A stretch of DNA of 64,000 bases, from positions 63,041-127,040 of the forward strand of contig JAEEOJ010000039.1 of the NCBI GenBank assembly GCA_016284175.1, given 5' to 3'. Origin of the DNA: Lachnospiraceae bacterium (lineage in GTDB: Bacteria > Bacillota > Clostridia > Lachnospirales > Lachnospiraceae). The translations under genes and the position numbers were made by a program. Each line of letters begins with the position of its first letter. The stretch's first letter is position 1. Positions 48,688-59,454 of this stretch are shown here, piece after piece. The notes beneath the pieces are model-generated. The model was not told the origin of the DNA, did no database searches, and saw only the letters and a list, made by a program, of their open reading frames with translations.

Positions 48688-51051
48688 ATGAAACGTAAAA
48701 TTTTATCCATTTTATTATCGGGACTTATGGTACTTGCCGTAGCTGCATGTGATCCGAAGCAACCGCCGGTTGATGCAAACGGCGGACCGAATGTCACGGA
48801 AACAGTTCCTGCAGATGCAGATCCGGGCACGGAAATGGGCACACAAGACTGGACACTTCCCGAAGTAAACTGGGGTGACGGACTTTTTAACGGAAAGACA
48901 TTAATCGACGATCATTTCGAAGACGGTGAGGAATTTGCCTGGGGCACATATTCAAACGGCGGTCTTTTCGAACTTTATACCGAAAACGGGGAGATGGTTG
49001 TGGATATTTCAAAAACCGGTACGCTTGATTATTCGACACAGGTTTCAAGAGACGGTTTTGAACTTAACCAAGGTGGCGTATACGAATGCTCTTTTACAAT
49101 CAGATGTGATATCGAAAGATCGTTTGAGTGGAGATACCAGATTAACGGCGGTGACTATCATGCATATTACAAAGAGTATGATGTGCCCATCGGCCCTGAG
49201 CCTCAGAGAATTTCCGCAACATTTACTATGGAAGAAGAAAACGACGATATGCCGAGATTTTGTTTTAACCTCGGAAGATTTGACGGTATGGACAATACAT
49301 CACATAAAGTATACATAGATGATTTCAATTTAACCCTTGTAGATGCAAGCAACGCTAAGGCTCCCAAGGAAGAAGAGAAGCCTCTGGCACTTAAGGTTAA
49401 CCAGGTCGGATACAAGCCCGGTGACAATAAGAAGGTAGTTGCAACAACAGGCGAAAAGGTTACAGCCTTCAAAGTATGCGATGCAGAAACAGGCGAGGCA
49501 GTTTACGAAGGAACATTCGCCGATGAGCGTGTAATCTCAAAGAACGGTGACGGCGATACATACACAGGAGATTTCTCAGATTTTACAGCAGAAGGCAAGT
49601 ACTACATTTCCGTAGACGGACTTGATAATTCATACAGCTTCGAAATCGGTAACAATGTATTTGACGAAGTTACAAAAGCAACAGTAAGAATGCTTTACTT
49701 ACAGCGCTGCGGATGTGAAACCACAAATGAACTTGCAGGCGTTTATGCACATCCTGCGTGCCACAATACAGATGCAAAGATTTACGGTACAAACGATTAC
49801 ATCGATGTTACCGGCGGATGGCATGATGCGGGTGACTACGGAAGATACGTGGTTGCAGGTGCCAAGACAATTGCCGATCTCTTTATGACATACGAAGACA
49901 GCAGCGCATCAAGAGGTGACAATTACGATATTCCCGAGAGCGGAAACGGCGTTCCCGATATTCTTGATGAAGCAAGATACGAGCTTGAGTGGATGCTTAA
50001 GATGCAGGCTGAAAACGGCGGTGTATATCACAAGGTAACCTGTGAGCAGTTCCCGGGCGTTGTAATGCCTCAGAACGAAACAGAAGAACTTGTTGTAGCT
50101 CCTATCTCCACTACAGCTACAGGCGACTTTGCAGCGGTAATGGCTAAGGCAGGCAAGATATACAGACAGTATGATGGGGCATTTGCTTCTAAGTGCAGCG
50201 AGGCAGCAGTTAAGGCTTACGCTTACATGGAAGAGAATGCAGATAAAGACAAGACAGGATTTATCAATCCTCCCGAAATCGTAACAGGTGAATATCCTGA
50301 CGGCGACAATACGGACGAATACGTTTGGGCAGCAGTTGAACTTTATATTGCAACCAACGATCCTGCTTATCTTACAAAGGTAAGAGAACTTACAGACAAG
50401 ACATTCAAAGGCGGTTTAGGCTGGGCAGACATGGGAACATATGCAATGTATGATTTCCTTAAGGCCAAAGGCTATATGGAAACACCTGTAGAATTCAATC
50501 TTCCCGCTGACGATACGAGAAGCATTCAGGAAATATATGCTTCAATGTCCGATGTGGATTATGTAAGAATGAAGTTCTCCGAAAAGCTTAAACTTTTTGC
50601 AGAGACTGCACTTGAATATTCAACCACGGATCCTTACTTCTCATCACTTAGAATTTATCCTTGGGGAAGTAACATGACTATCGCCAACAACGGTATTCTT
50701 TACAGAATGATGTATAACTTAACAGGCGATGAAGTTTACAACGAATATGCAAGATACCAGATAGATTATCTTTTAGGAGTAAATGCGGTAGCATACAGCT
50801 ACGTAACAGGCTTCGGCGAGCATGCTGCAGAGCATCCTCACCACAGACCTTCACAGGCTATCGGAAAGGCAATGCCCGGTATGTTAGTCGGAGGACCTAA
50901 CACAAGCCCTGCAGATCCTTACGCTATCAAAGTACTTTCCAAGAAGGTTGGAGGAAGCTGTTACTGCGACAACGATTCGGCTTATTCAATCAATGAGATT
51001 ACAATCTACTGGAATTCACCTTTGATTTATCTTTTAGAGGTTTATAAGTAA
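48688..51051 (+). CDS. Lipoprotein GH9 glycoside hydrolase with CBM4-like and Ig-like domains
   Basis: Lipobox VAAC, VNQVGY, GGWHDAGDYGRY, PDILDEARYELEW, HPHHRPS and YCD...YSINEITIYWN. Confidence 0.93.
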   Translation: MKRKILSILLSGLMVLAVAACDPKQPPVDANGGPNVTETVPADADPGTEMGTQDWTLPEVNWGDGLFNGKTLIDDHFEDGEEFAWGTYSNGGLFELYTENGEMVVDISKTGTLDYSTQVSRDGFELNQGGVYECSFTIRCDIERSFEWRYQINGGDYHAYYKEYDVPIGPEPQRISATFTMEEENDDMPRFCFNLGRFDGMDNTSHKVYIDDFNLTLVDASNAKAPKEEEKPLALKVNQVGYKPGDNKKVVATTGEKVTAFKVCDAETGEAVYEGTFADERVISKNGDGDTYTGDFSDFTAEGKYYISVDGLDNSYSFEIGNNVFDEVTKATVRMLYLQRCGCETTNELAGVYAHPACHNTDAKIYGTNDYIDVTGGWHDAGDYGRYVVAGAKTIADLFMTYEDSSASRGDNYDIPESGNGVPDILDEARYELEWMLKMQAENGGVYHKVTCEQFPGVVMPQNETEELVVAPISTTATGDFAAVMAKAGKIYRQYDGAFASKCSEAAVKAYAYMEENADKDKTGFINPPEIVTGEYPDGDNTDEYVWAAVELYIATNDPAYLTKVRELTDKTFKGGLGWADMGTYAMYDFLKAKGYMETPVEFNLPADDTRSIQEIYASMSDVDYVRMKFSEKLKLFAETALEYSTTDPYFSSLRIYPWGSNMTIANNGILYRMMYNLTGDEVYNEYARYQIDYLLGVNAVAYSYVTGFGEHAAEHPHHRPSQAIGKAMPGMLVGGPNTSPADPYAIKVLSKKVGGSCYCDNDSAYSINEITIYWNSPLIYLLEVYK

Positions 51052-51058
51052 AATTTAG

Positions 51059-51087
51059 GAAGCGTGCTTTATGGGCACGCTTCTTTT
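51059..51087 (+). terminator. Intrinsic terminator of the GH9 gene
   Basis: GAAGCGTGC-tttatgg-GCACGCTTCTTTT. Confidence 0.85.
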
Positions 51088-51089
51088 AA

Positions 51090-51107
51090 TTGTGAAATTG
51101 TTCAATA
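51090..51107. promoter_or_regulatory. Candidate Rex operator
   Basis: TTGTGAA-attg-TTCAATA against the consensus TTGTGAAnnnnTTCACAA. Confidence 0.5.
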
Positions 51108-51150
51108 AAAAATGAAAACAAATCGATAAATAGTCACATTTTAACAAAAA

Positions 51151-51228
51151 GCACTTGAAATTGTGGTGGGTTATAAAATTAACACATCATATTGTATATA
51201 AAAGAATAAAATACTCTTGATATTTTAT
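51151..51228. promoter_or_regulatory. Candidate tandem NrdR-like boxes (31-bp period)
   Basis: GCACTTGAAATTGTGG (51151), ACACATCATATTGTAT (51182) and ACTCTTGATATTTTAT (51213) against acaCwAtATaTwGtgt. Confidence 0.45.
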
Positions 51229-51245
51229 TTCTTTAATGATTTAAT
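51217..51245 (+). promoter_or_regulatory. sigmaA promoter for pflB
   Basis: TTGATA-17 bp-TTTAAT with TG extension. Confidence 0.5.
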
Positions 51246-51311
51246 AAAGTAGTCGGAGAACCTTTTATAAACTTAGTTTTTTAGAATTTATATAGAAAGT
51301 GGAGATTTGAA

Positions 51312-53639
51312 ATGATTCCGCAGTGGAGAGATTTTAAGGGAAACAAGTGGCAGACTGAAATTAACGTAAGAGACTTCATTCAGGAGAATTATGTACCTTA
51401 CGACGGAGACGAGAGCTTCCTCGAACCCGCAACCAAGAACACGCTTGCGTTATGGGACCAGGTAATGCAGCTTTCCAAAGAGGAAAGAGAAAAGGGCGGC
51501 GCAGTAAATATGGATACAAGAAATGTTTCCATGATTATGTCGCACGAGCCCGGATATCTTGATAAAGATAAAGAACAGATTGTAGGTCTTCAGACCGACG
51601 AACCTTTTAAGAGACCGCTTCATCCTTTCGGCGGCATCAGAATGGCTGAGCAGGCCCTTTCAGACCACGGCTACGAAATTGATCCCGAAGTAAAAGATTT
51701 CTTCACATACTACAGAAAAACACATAACGCCGGATGTTTTGATGCATATACTACAGAGATGAGAGCATGCCGTTCATCACACATCATCACAGGCCTTCCC
51801 GATGCATACGGCAGAGGACGTATCATCGGCGACTACAGACGTATCGCACTTTACGGAATCGATATTCTTATAGAGGATAAGCTTCGCCAGAAACATACCT
51901 GCGGAAAGGTTATGAACGACGAAGTTATCAGAACCAGGGAAGAACTTACGGAGCAGGTTAGAGCACTTGAACTTATGAAGAAGCTCGCAGAGTCTTACGG
52001 CTGTGATATTTCTCATCCCGCTACCAACGTAAAAGAAGCCATCCAGGCTATTTATTTCGGATATTTGTCAGCCATCAAGGAGCAGAACGGTGCCGCAATG
52101 AGTGTCGGACGTACAACCACATTCCTTGATATATATGCTTCAAGAGACCTTGCAAACGGTACATTCTCCGAACGTCAGATTCAGGAGATGGTAGACCACT
52201 TCATTATGAAGCTTCGTATCGTAAAATTTGCAAGAACTCCCAAATACAACGAACTTTTCTCGGGCGATCCCATCTGGGCTACCGAATCAATCGGCGGTGT
52301 AGGAATCGACGGACGTCATATGGTAACAAAGATGTCTTACAGATATCTTCACACACTTGAGAATTTAGGACCGGCTCCCGAGCCCAACCTTACAATTCTC
52401 TGGTCAAAGAGACTGCCTGAGCCTTTCAAGAAATATTGTGCTAAGATGTCTATCAAGACTTCTGCCATCCAGTATGAAAACGATGATTTAATGCGCGTTA
52501 CAAAGGGCGACGATTATGCTATCGCTTGCTGCGTATCTTCCATGAAGCTTGGCAAGGAAATGCAGTTCTTCGGTGCGAGAGCAAACCTTGCTAAATGTCT
52601 TCTTTACTCACTTAACGGTGGTGTGGATGAGATTACCAAAAAGCAGGTCGGACCTATTGCTTTAAGAAGATATCAGGGCGACGTGCTTGATTATGATACT
52701 GTAATGGATTCCTTCACTTTTATGATGGAGTGGCTCGCAGGTATCTATGTAAATACGCTTAATATCATTCATTACATGCATGATAAATACAATTACGAAC
52801 GTGCTCAGATGGCACTTCACGACAGAGACGTGGTAAGAATCTTCGCTACAGGTATTGCAGGTCTTTCCGTAGTTACAGACTCGTTATCCGCTATCAAGTA
52901 TGCCAAAGTTGAGCCCATCCGTGATGATGACGATATCATCGTTGATTTTAAGATCACGGGTGATTATCCGAAGTACGGTAATGATGACGACCGTGTAGAC
53001 TCGATTGCAAAAGAAATCGTTTCAAGTTTTATGAACATGGTTCGTTCGCACCAGACATATCGTAACTCCGTACCTACCACATCGGTACTTACAATTACAT
53101 CCAACGTCGTATACGGCAAGAACACAGGTGCAACACCTGACGGACGTCCTAAGGGCGCTCCTTTCGCACCCGGTGCCAACCCCATGTACGGCAGAGATTC
53201 ATCCGGTGCGGTTGCATCCCTTGCATCAGTTGCAAAACTTCCTTTCAAGGATGCACAGGACGGTATTTCAAATACATTCTCCATCATTCCTTCCGCACTC
53301 GGAAAGAGCGATGAAAACTTTACATACATTGACAAAGTAAATAAGGTTGCTGACGGCGACTGCATCAACGAAGAAGTTGATAAAGTTTACGTTGCACCCG
53401 ATGCAAGCGAATCACAGATTGAAAACCTTATTTCGTTACTTGACGGCTACACCACAAAGGGCGGCCACCATCTGAACGTAAATGTTCTTAATCGTGAGAC
53501 TCTCCTTGATGCAATGGAAAATCCTGAGAAATATCCTCAGCTTACAATCCGTGTATCAGGATATGCAGTTAACTTTATCAAACTTACTAAAGAACAGCAG
53601 CTCGATGTTATTTCGAGAACATTCCATGAATCACTCTAA
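51312..53639 (+). CDS. pflB: Formate C-acetyltransferase (pyruvate formate-lyase)
   Basis: Motifs [32 protein letters not shown] and glycyl-radical loop TIRVSGYAV. Confidence 0.98.
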   Translation: MIPQWRDFKGNKWQTEINVRDFIQENYVPYDGDESFLEPATKNTLALWDQVMQLSKEEREKGGAVNMDTRNVSMIMSHEPGYLDKDKEQIVGLQTDEPFKRPLHPFGGIRMAEQALSDHGYEIDPEVKDFFTYYRKTHNAGCFDAYTTEMRACRSSHIITGLPDAYGRGRIIGDYRRIALYGIDILIEDKLRQKHTCGKVMNDEVIRTREELTEQVRALELMKKLAESYGCDISHPATNVKEAIQAIYFGYLSAIKEQNGAAMSVGRTTTFLDIYASRDLANGTFSERQIQEMVDHFIMKLRIVKFARTPKYNELFSGDPIWATESIGGVGIDGRHMVTKMSYRYLHTLENLGPAPEPNLTILWSKRLPEPFKKYCAKMSIKTSAIQYENDDLMRVTKGDDYAIACCVSSMKLGKEMQFFGARANLAKCLLYSLNGGVDEITKKQVGPIALRRYQGDVLDYDTVMDSFTFMMEWLAGIYVNTLNIIHYMHDKYNYERAQMALHDRDVVRIFATGIAGLSVVTDSLSAIKYAKVEPIRDDDDIIVDFKITGDYPKYGNDDDRVDSIAKEIVSSFMNMVRSHQTYRNSVPTTSVLTITSNVVYGKNTGATPDGRPKGAPFAPGANPMYGRDSSGAVASLASVAKLPFKDAQDGISNTFSIIPSALGKSDENFTYIDKVNKVADGDCINEEVDKVYVAPDASESQIENLISLLDGYTTKGGHHLNVNVLNRETLLDAMENPEKYPQLTIRVSGYAVNFIKLTKEQQLDVISRTFHESL

Positions 53640-53642
53640 AGA

Positions 53643-55376
53643 ATGAAAGAAAACAAGACCAATTCTGTTTTATTAAAAATTCTTATGATAATAATTGCCG
53701 CAGGAAGTATTCTTGCGGCAATTAAGTGTATTTTCGTCGGCTTTCAGATTGACGAGGAATATGCATTTACTCTTTCTTACCGCCTTATCAGAGGCGACAG
53801 ACTTTTAACCGAAGTCTGGGATCCCCATCAGACATCCGCATTCCTTTTATCCCTTATAGAATGGGTATGGATTAAACTTACAGGCAGCAACGAATACCTG
53901 ATTTTATGGTGCAGAGCCGTAACGACTCTTATTCATGCAGCAATTGCTTTTTATCTGTATAAAACGCTTCGCCTCTTCACGGATAAAAGTTATTCGTTTC
54001 TGATTTCGGCAGCAGTATTCGGAATTCTTCCGAAGGATTTTATTATTCCCGAATTTTCCCTGATGATGTCGTGGTTTCTGCTTCTTATCATCATCGAACT
54101 TATCAGATTAAGACATCATAAAAGAGATAAAATAAACTTCCGCATCATAGCCCTTTCGGTAATGCTCGGGCTTTCCTGCGTTGCGCTCACACTTTCCTAT
54201 CCTTCGTGTATCATACTGGTTCCCGCAGTGCTTGTTTACGTGATTATTAACAGAAAGAATTACAATAAACCTGTACCTGTGATTTTTATTGTCACGATGG
54301 GAGTCGCAGGAGTGGCATATTTTGCATATCTTTTATCATATATGACGATTCCCCAAATGCTTCAGAACATAAAAGATGCGCTTCAGGCGTGCGGCTCGCA
54401 CGATCAGACAATTATTGACCGCTTCCTCGTACTCGGAAAAGACTTTCTGGTGTTTGCGATTATATCCGTGGGCGTGGCTCTGATTTCGCTTATAATAATG
54501 GCAGTAACCGGAGCATTTAAGAAAAGAGAAGCGGCTGAAAAAATTCCTTTCGCTGTTGTTTTATGCGCATATATGGGCATGGTGGCAGCAGTGCTTCAGA
54601 TAGTGTTCACATTAGTCAAACCGGTCCGCATAAGTTACGGCTATGCCAATTATTTCTTTTTCTTAATTATCATACTTGCTGTTATAATGGTAATGGTATA
54701 TAAGGACGCGGATAAAAACAAAGATTTACTGTTTGCGTTATTGCTTTCAATTTTAGGACTGATTGCGATAATGGTTATTACCAACATGAACTCTTTCCGC
54801 TCGGTTAAATACTTAACCGGTGCAATCGCAATTAGCCTTTTGATTATTGTTTTAATTGCAGCAAAGCAAAACAGCATCCGCCTTAAAAGACTCGCAGGCA
54901 CGTTTCTCGTAGTAATTGTATTTTGCATTACTATCTACAAAGGCATTTTTTACTCGGGCAACGGAGGCGATGACTGGAACATTTTTAACATCGGATATAT
55001 TATTAAAAACGGAGCGCCGAAAGGCGTTATAACGGAATACATGACAGGATATCTTTATGATTATTCCACGGATGTCTGGGACAGATATATCGAGGATGGC
55101 GATACGGTTATTTTATGGGATTTAGCCACCGGCGGCTACTTCATAAAAGATGTAAACATCGGAAGTTATACGACAATTTCCACTCCGACTTACTATGTAG
55201 ATTCCCTGAAAAAATACTGGGAAAACAATCCTGACAAATATCCTGATGTAATAATAGTCAGCGGCTGGTACGGGGGACTGAAAGTTAACGATACGGACGG
55301 TTTCATTGACTGGATAGAAAGCGAATATGCATCTGAAATGTATATGGAAGACTATTATCGTTTTTACATTAGATAA
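53643..55376 (+). CDS. Polytopic membrane protein, GT-C-like
   Basis: DEEY after TM1, GD....WDPHQTS, about 12 TMs and a soluble C-terminal tail (YWENNPDKYPDV). Confidence 0.65.
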   Translation: MKENKTNSVLLKILMIIIAAGSILAAIKCIFVGFQIDEEYAFTLSYRLIRGDRLLTEVWDPHQTSAFLLSLIEWVWIKLTGSNEYLILWCRAVTTLIHAAIAFYLYKTLRLFTDKSYSFLISAAVFGILPKDFIIPEFSLMMSWFLLLIIIELIRLRHHKRDKINFRIIALSVMLGLSCVALTLSYPSCIILVPAVLVYVIINRKNYNKPVPVIFIVTMGVAGVAYFAYLLSYMTIPQMLQNIKDALQACGSHDQTIIDRFLVLGKDFLVFAIISVGVALISLIIMAVTGAFKKREAAEKIPFAVVLCAYMGMVAAVLQIVFTLVKPVRISYGYANYFFFLIIILAVIMVMVYKDADKNKDLLFALLLSILGLIAIMVITNMNSFRSVKYLTGAIAISLLIIVLIAAKQNSIRLKRLAGTFLVVIVFCITIYKGIFYSGNGGDDWNIFNIGYIIKNGAPKGVITEYMTGYLYDYSTDVWDRYIEDGDTVILWDLATGGYFIKDVNIGSYTTISTPTYYVDSLKKYWENNPDKYPDVIIVSGWYGGLKVNDTDGFIDWIESEYASEMYMEDYYRFYIR

Positions 55377-55414
55377 CCTTACGTTTACAGGCTTGATAAA
55401 GGAGACTTACAGAG

Positions 55415-57118
55415 GTGAAAACAGAAAAGGTTAAAAAAATAATAAAAGACAATATCGCATTCTGCATAATGGGTGCGATTATAATATTCTTATCCTTTGC
55501 AGCCAGAGCGTTAACCGTTAACGGTAATCTTGACTGGTCTGTGGGATTTATCTTAAAGGCAGTATCTCTGTCGCTTGTTATCGGCATACCGGTCGGCTTT
55601 TTTATTAATTTTATGATCAAAATAATAGCCGGCTTTTCGGTAAAACTTACTCCGCAAAAATCAAAAAAATGTGTGGCGGTATTTTTTATTTCGTTGTTTG
55701 TACTTATTCTTGCTTTCCTTCCGTATTTTCTGGCATATTATCCCGGCATTCTTGCGTATGATTCATATATTCAGATAGGACAGATTTTCTCGGGAGAATA
55801 CAACGAACATCATCCTCTTTTTCACACGCTTATGATTAAGTTTTTCCTGGAAACCGGAAAAGCTGTGTTTAACAGTCTGAATGCGGGAATAGCAATTTAC
55901 GTCATGGCGCAGATAGTATTTCTTTCTGCGGTATTTGCGTACGGTATTTTCTGCCTGTATAAAAGAGGCTATCGCATACTTTCTTTTGCGGTACTGGCAA
56001 TAGAGGCGCTGTTTCCTTTTAACGGGTTTATGGCGGTCAGCGTTACGAAGGATATTTCTTTTGCGATATTCTTCCTTCTTTCGGTTAATGCTTTGTCAGA
56101 ACTGGTTTTCGCCAAAGATAAAAAAACAACAATATTCAATACGGCGCTTCTTGTATTTTCTTCGATTATGTGCGTGCTTTACAGAAACAACGGAAGATAT
56201 GCTTTCGGACTGCTGTTTCTGGTATGCCTTATAATTCTTATCATACTGGCCGTAAAGAAAGGGCCGGCAGAAAATAAAATAAAGGTACGAAAATGTGCAC
56301 TGATTGTAATCGGTATGTTTGTATCGATAGTAGTTTCCGTACTTGTACTTAACGGTATGTCCAAATCACTTAATGCCGTTCAGGGAGACAGAAGAGAGAT
56401 GCTAAGCGTACCCATTCAGCAGCTCGCCAGGACCTATGTTTATCACGCAGGTGCGGGAGTTTTGCCTGAAGACGACAATACAATGGACGAGGAATCAAAG
56501 GCCCTTATAAACGAATTTATTTTGAATGACGGCGCAAAACTTTACAGACAGGATATTTCGGACCCTGTTAAAAGAAATACCAACACATGGGTGGTTGTGA
56601 ATAAAACTTCGCAATTTGTAAAAGTATATTTAAAACTGTTCATAAAATATCCCGAAGATTATATAAATGCATTCATAGCACAGAATGCGGGATTTATTGA
56701 TATCGGCGATAAATCACATGCATATATAAACGATCCCGACGAGGTCAAAGGCCACGGATACGTTCAGACAAAGTGGGAAGATTCGCTTTATGTAAAGGGA
56801 TTTTATCAGGATTCAAAGTGGCCTGCATTAAGAGCATTGATGGATGAATTTGCGGATAACAACGGATATTTAAAGATACCGCTTCTTAAATACATTTTTA
56901 TGCCCGGAATTTATTTCTGGTTTTTTGTTCTTGCTCTTATTTATGCAATCAAAAAGAAAAACATCGGACTGATTGCTATCGTATCGCTAATAGCAGGCTA
57001 TTATGCTACAATGTTTTTTGGACCGACGGTACAGTTAAGATATGTATATCCCGTAATGATTACGGTACCGTTTTTAATTCCGATATTCTTCAGGGAAGCA
57101 AAGAGAACAGATGGATAA
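55415..57118 (+). CDS. DUF6020-family polytopic membrane protein (GT-C-like)
   Basis: Motifs YYPGILAYDS..Q, HHPLFHT, TKD, RNNG, SVPIQQLAR and GPTVQLRY. GTG start. Confidence 0.8.
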   Translation: MKTEKVKKIIKDNIAFCIMGAIIIFLSFAARALTVNGNLDWSVGFILKAVSLSLVIGIPVGFFINFMIKIIAGFSVKLTPQKSKKCVAVFFISLFVLILAFLPYFLAYYPGILAYDSYIQIGQIFSGEYNEHHPLFHTLMIKFFLETGKAVFNSLNAGIAIYVMAQIVFLSAVFAYGIFCLYKRGYRILSFAVLAIEALFPFNGFMAVSVTKDISFAIFFLLSVNALSELVFAKDKKTTIFNTALLVFSSIMCVLYRNNGRYAFGLLFLVCLIILIILAVKKGPAENKIKVRKCALIVIGMFVSIVVSVLVLNGMSKSLNAVQGDRREMLSVPIQQLARTYVYHAGAGVLPEDDNTMDEESKALINEFILNDGAKLYRQDISDPVKRNTNTWVVVNKTSQFVKVYLKLFIKYPEDYINAFIAQNAGFIDIGDKSHAYINDPDEVKGHGYVQTKWEDSLYVKGFYQDSKWPALRALMDEFADNNGYLKIPLLKYIFMPGIYFWFFVLALIYAIKKKNIGLIAIVSLIAGYYATMFFGPTVQLRYVYPVMITVPFLIPIFFREAKRTDG

Positions 57119-58670
57119 GAAAAAGAAAGTCACAATTCAATATGTTTTGCTTATTATCCTGTCGGCACTCTCGGTAATTTTCTCCGGTCTGCTTATGATT
57201 TCTGCGCTCATAAAAACTGCTGTAGCCAACAATATGTCCGAGCAGAAAATGATTATTGAGGGAGAAAAAATACTTCTTGTAGTTATTTCTCTTCTTGTCT
57301 TTTATGCGCTAGGATATTTTCTTTTACATACTATGTCGAGATGGCGTATAGAATCGTTCTTTGCGTTTGTTCTCATCTTTCACGCACTGCTTGGAACACT
57401 GCTTGTGTTATTCGGACGAAGCGGCCCCGCAGCGGATTCCGCCAGCGTTTATGATATGGCTTTAAAACTTTCCGAAAAAGATTTGTCTTTTATCGGAAAT
57501 CCGGATTCCTACCTTTCATTCTATCCGCAGCAGATCGGACTTACCGTTTTTCTTGCATCGATCATAAAAGTATTAAAATTATTACCCTTTGAAAACTCGC
57601 TTCATCATCTTTTAAAACTTATTTATGTCGCATTAAACTGCGTTACGATAACCTTCGGATATCTGTCCGTAAAAGAAATCTGGCGTAGCAAAAAAGTATC
57701 TTCGGCATTTTTATATCTATCCCTTTTTAACCTGCCTTTTATAATGTATTCGTCTTTTATCTACGGAGAGATTCCGTCACTTGCAGCAATGTCTGTGGCA
57801 GTTTTCTTCCTTTGCAGATTTGAAAAGAAACACGGTGCGCCGGCTCTAAATATTTCTTTTATGGTGGTGTTTATGGTGCTTTCCGTATTTGTCAGAAAGA
57901 ACTCTTTGATTTTCATAATCGCAACGTTAATCGTGCTCGTTTTAATCTTCATGAAAAATCATAAAAAAGAGTATCTGATAACTGCCATAGCATCTTTTAT
58001 CGCATGCTTGGTAATTCTTCCGCTTACTTTAGAAAATTATGAACTTGAAGCAAAAGAGGATGTAAGCAAAGGCGTAACAATGTATTCGTACATTGCGATG
58101 GGTATGCAGGATTCCACAAGAGGTCCCGGATGGTACAACGGCTTTAATTTTGACACTTACAAAAACACCGGAATGGACTCGAAAGAAGCCAATAAAATAA
58201 GCAGCGAAGTTATCAAAGAGAGAAGAGAATACTTTAAAGAAAATCCGAAAGAGTGCTATACTTTTTACAGGGATAAATTCTTAACTCAGTGGGCGGATCC
58301 TACACTGGCTTCATGTCAGGCAACGTATGTTGACTACGGCGGAAGAGCAAAGATAATTCAGAAAATATATGACGGCGATTTAAATAAATTTTATGTGTTT
58401 TTCTGTAATGTGTTCCAGAACGTTATTTACATAGGCGTGTTTATCTGGAGTTTAAACAATTTCAGGAAAGTGGTTACAACCGGCAGAAAAGAATGTATGA
58501 TTTCTTCGTACATCGGAATAATTACCGTTATCGGAGGCTTCCTTTTCCACATGATGTGGGAGGCCAACAGTCGTTACATTTTCCCTTATGCAATGATGTT
58601 AATTCCTTATGCGGCTTTCGGATACGGAAATCTCTTAGAGCATAATATTTTAAACGATTATGATGATTAG
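57111..58670 (+). CDS. GT-C (family 39-like) membrane glycosyltransferase
   Basis: P.ADS...A, YL..YPQQ.G, FIYGEIPS, IAMG.Q...PGWYNG and HMMWEANSRY. Confidence 0.7.
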   Translation: MDKKKKVTIQYVLLIILSALSVIFSGLLMISALIKTAVANNMSEQKMIIEGEKILLVVISLLVFYALGYFLLHTMSRWRIESFFAFVLIFHALLGTLLVLFGRSGPAADSASVYDMALKLSEKDLSFIGNPDSYLSFYPQQIGLTVFLASIIKVLKLLPFENSLHHLLKLIYVALNCVTITFGYLSVKEIWRSKKVSSAFLYLSLFNLPFIMYSSFIYGEIPSLAAMSVAVFFLCRFEKKHGAPALNISFMVVFMVLSVFVRKNSLIFIIATLIVLVLIFMKNHKKEYLITAIASFIACLVILPLTLENYELEAKEDVSKGVTMYSYIAMGMQDSTRGPGWYNGFNFDTYKNTGMDSKEANKISSEVIKERREYFKENPKECYTFYRDKFLTQWADPTLASCQATYVDYGGRAKIIQKIYDGDLNKFYVFFCNVFQNVIYIGVFIWSLNNFRKVVTTGRKECMISSYIGIITVIGGFLFHMMWEANSRYIFPYAMMLIPYAAFGYGNLLEHNILNDYDD

Positions 58671-58686
58671 AAAGGCGGATGCGTTC

Positions 58687-59421
58687 ATGATTGGAAGAGT
58701 TCATTCAATCGAGACATTTGGCGCTGTCGACGGGCCCGGAGTAAGGTTCGTCGTGTTTTTTCAGGGCTGTCCGATGCGCTGCGCATATTGCCACAATCCC
58801 GATACCTGGGACGTAAACGGCGGCACGGAAATGAGCGTCGATGAAATATATAAAAAGTTTGAGCGAAACAAAGCCTTTTATGAGAAGGGCGGAGTTACCG
58901 CATCGGGCGGCGAGCCGATGATGCAGATTGATTTTCTGACCGAACTTTTTAAAAGATTTCATGATGAGGGCGTGCATACCTGTCTTGATACTTCGGGAAT
59001 AATGTTCAAAGAAGGCAATGAAAAGATTGACAAGCTCCTTGAAGTTACAGACCTTGTGATGCTTGATATCAAACGTTTTGACAGAGAAGGTCACAAGGAA
59101 CTTACAGGTCATTACAACGACGGAATTCTTGCATTTGCAAAATACTTATCCGACAGGAATAAAAAAATCTGGGTGCGCTTTGTATGCGTTCCGGGAGTGA
59201 CTGACTTTGACGAAGAACTTAAGGAATACGGCAAGTTTTTATCTGAGCTTAAAACCCTTGAAGCTCTGGATGTTCTTCCTTATCACACAATGGGTGTAAA
59301 GAAGTATGAGGCACTCGGAATTCCCTACAGACTTGAAGGAATAAAGCCTGCAACCAACGAATATGCAAGCGCGAAAAAAGAGATAATTTTACAGGCCGCA
59401 GGCACAAATAAAAAAGGGTAG
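58687..59421 (+). CDS. pflA: Pyruvate formate-lyase activating enzyme (radical SAM)
   Basis: HSIETFGAVDGPG.R, CPMRCAYCHNPDTW, SGGEP, HTCLDTSG and LPYH. Likely ATG is 58687 (the ORF track starts at 58660). Confidence 0.96.
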   Translation: MIGRVHSIETFGAVDGPGVRFVVFFQGCPMRCAYCHNPDTWDVNGGTEMSVDEIYKKFERNKAFYEKGGVTASGGEPMMQIDFLTELFKRFHDEGVHTCLDTSGIMFKEGNEKIDKLLEVTDLVMLDIKRFDREGHKELTGHYNDGILAFAKYLSDRNKKIWVRFVCVPGVTDFDEELKEYGKFLSELKTLEALDVLPYHTMGVKKYEALGIPYRLEGIKPATNEYASAKKEIILQAAGTNKKG

Positions 59422-59454
59422 TTTATAAAGACTAATTTGGTGTAATATAAGAGT

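Noticed and set aside
51246-51311. ZMP/ZTP (pfl) riboswitch upstream of pflB
   Set aside because: The leader is short and AT-rich, without the conserved GC-rich pseudoknot elements.
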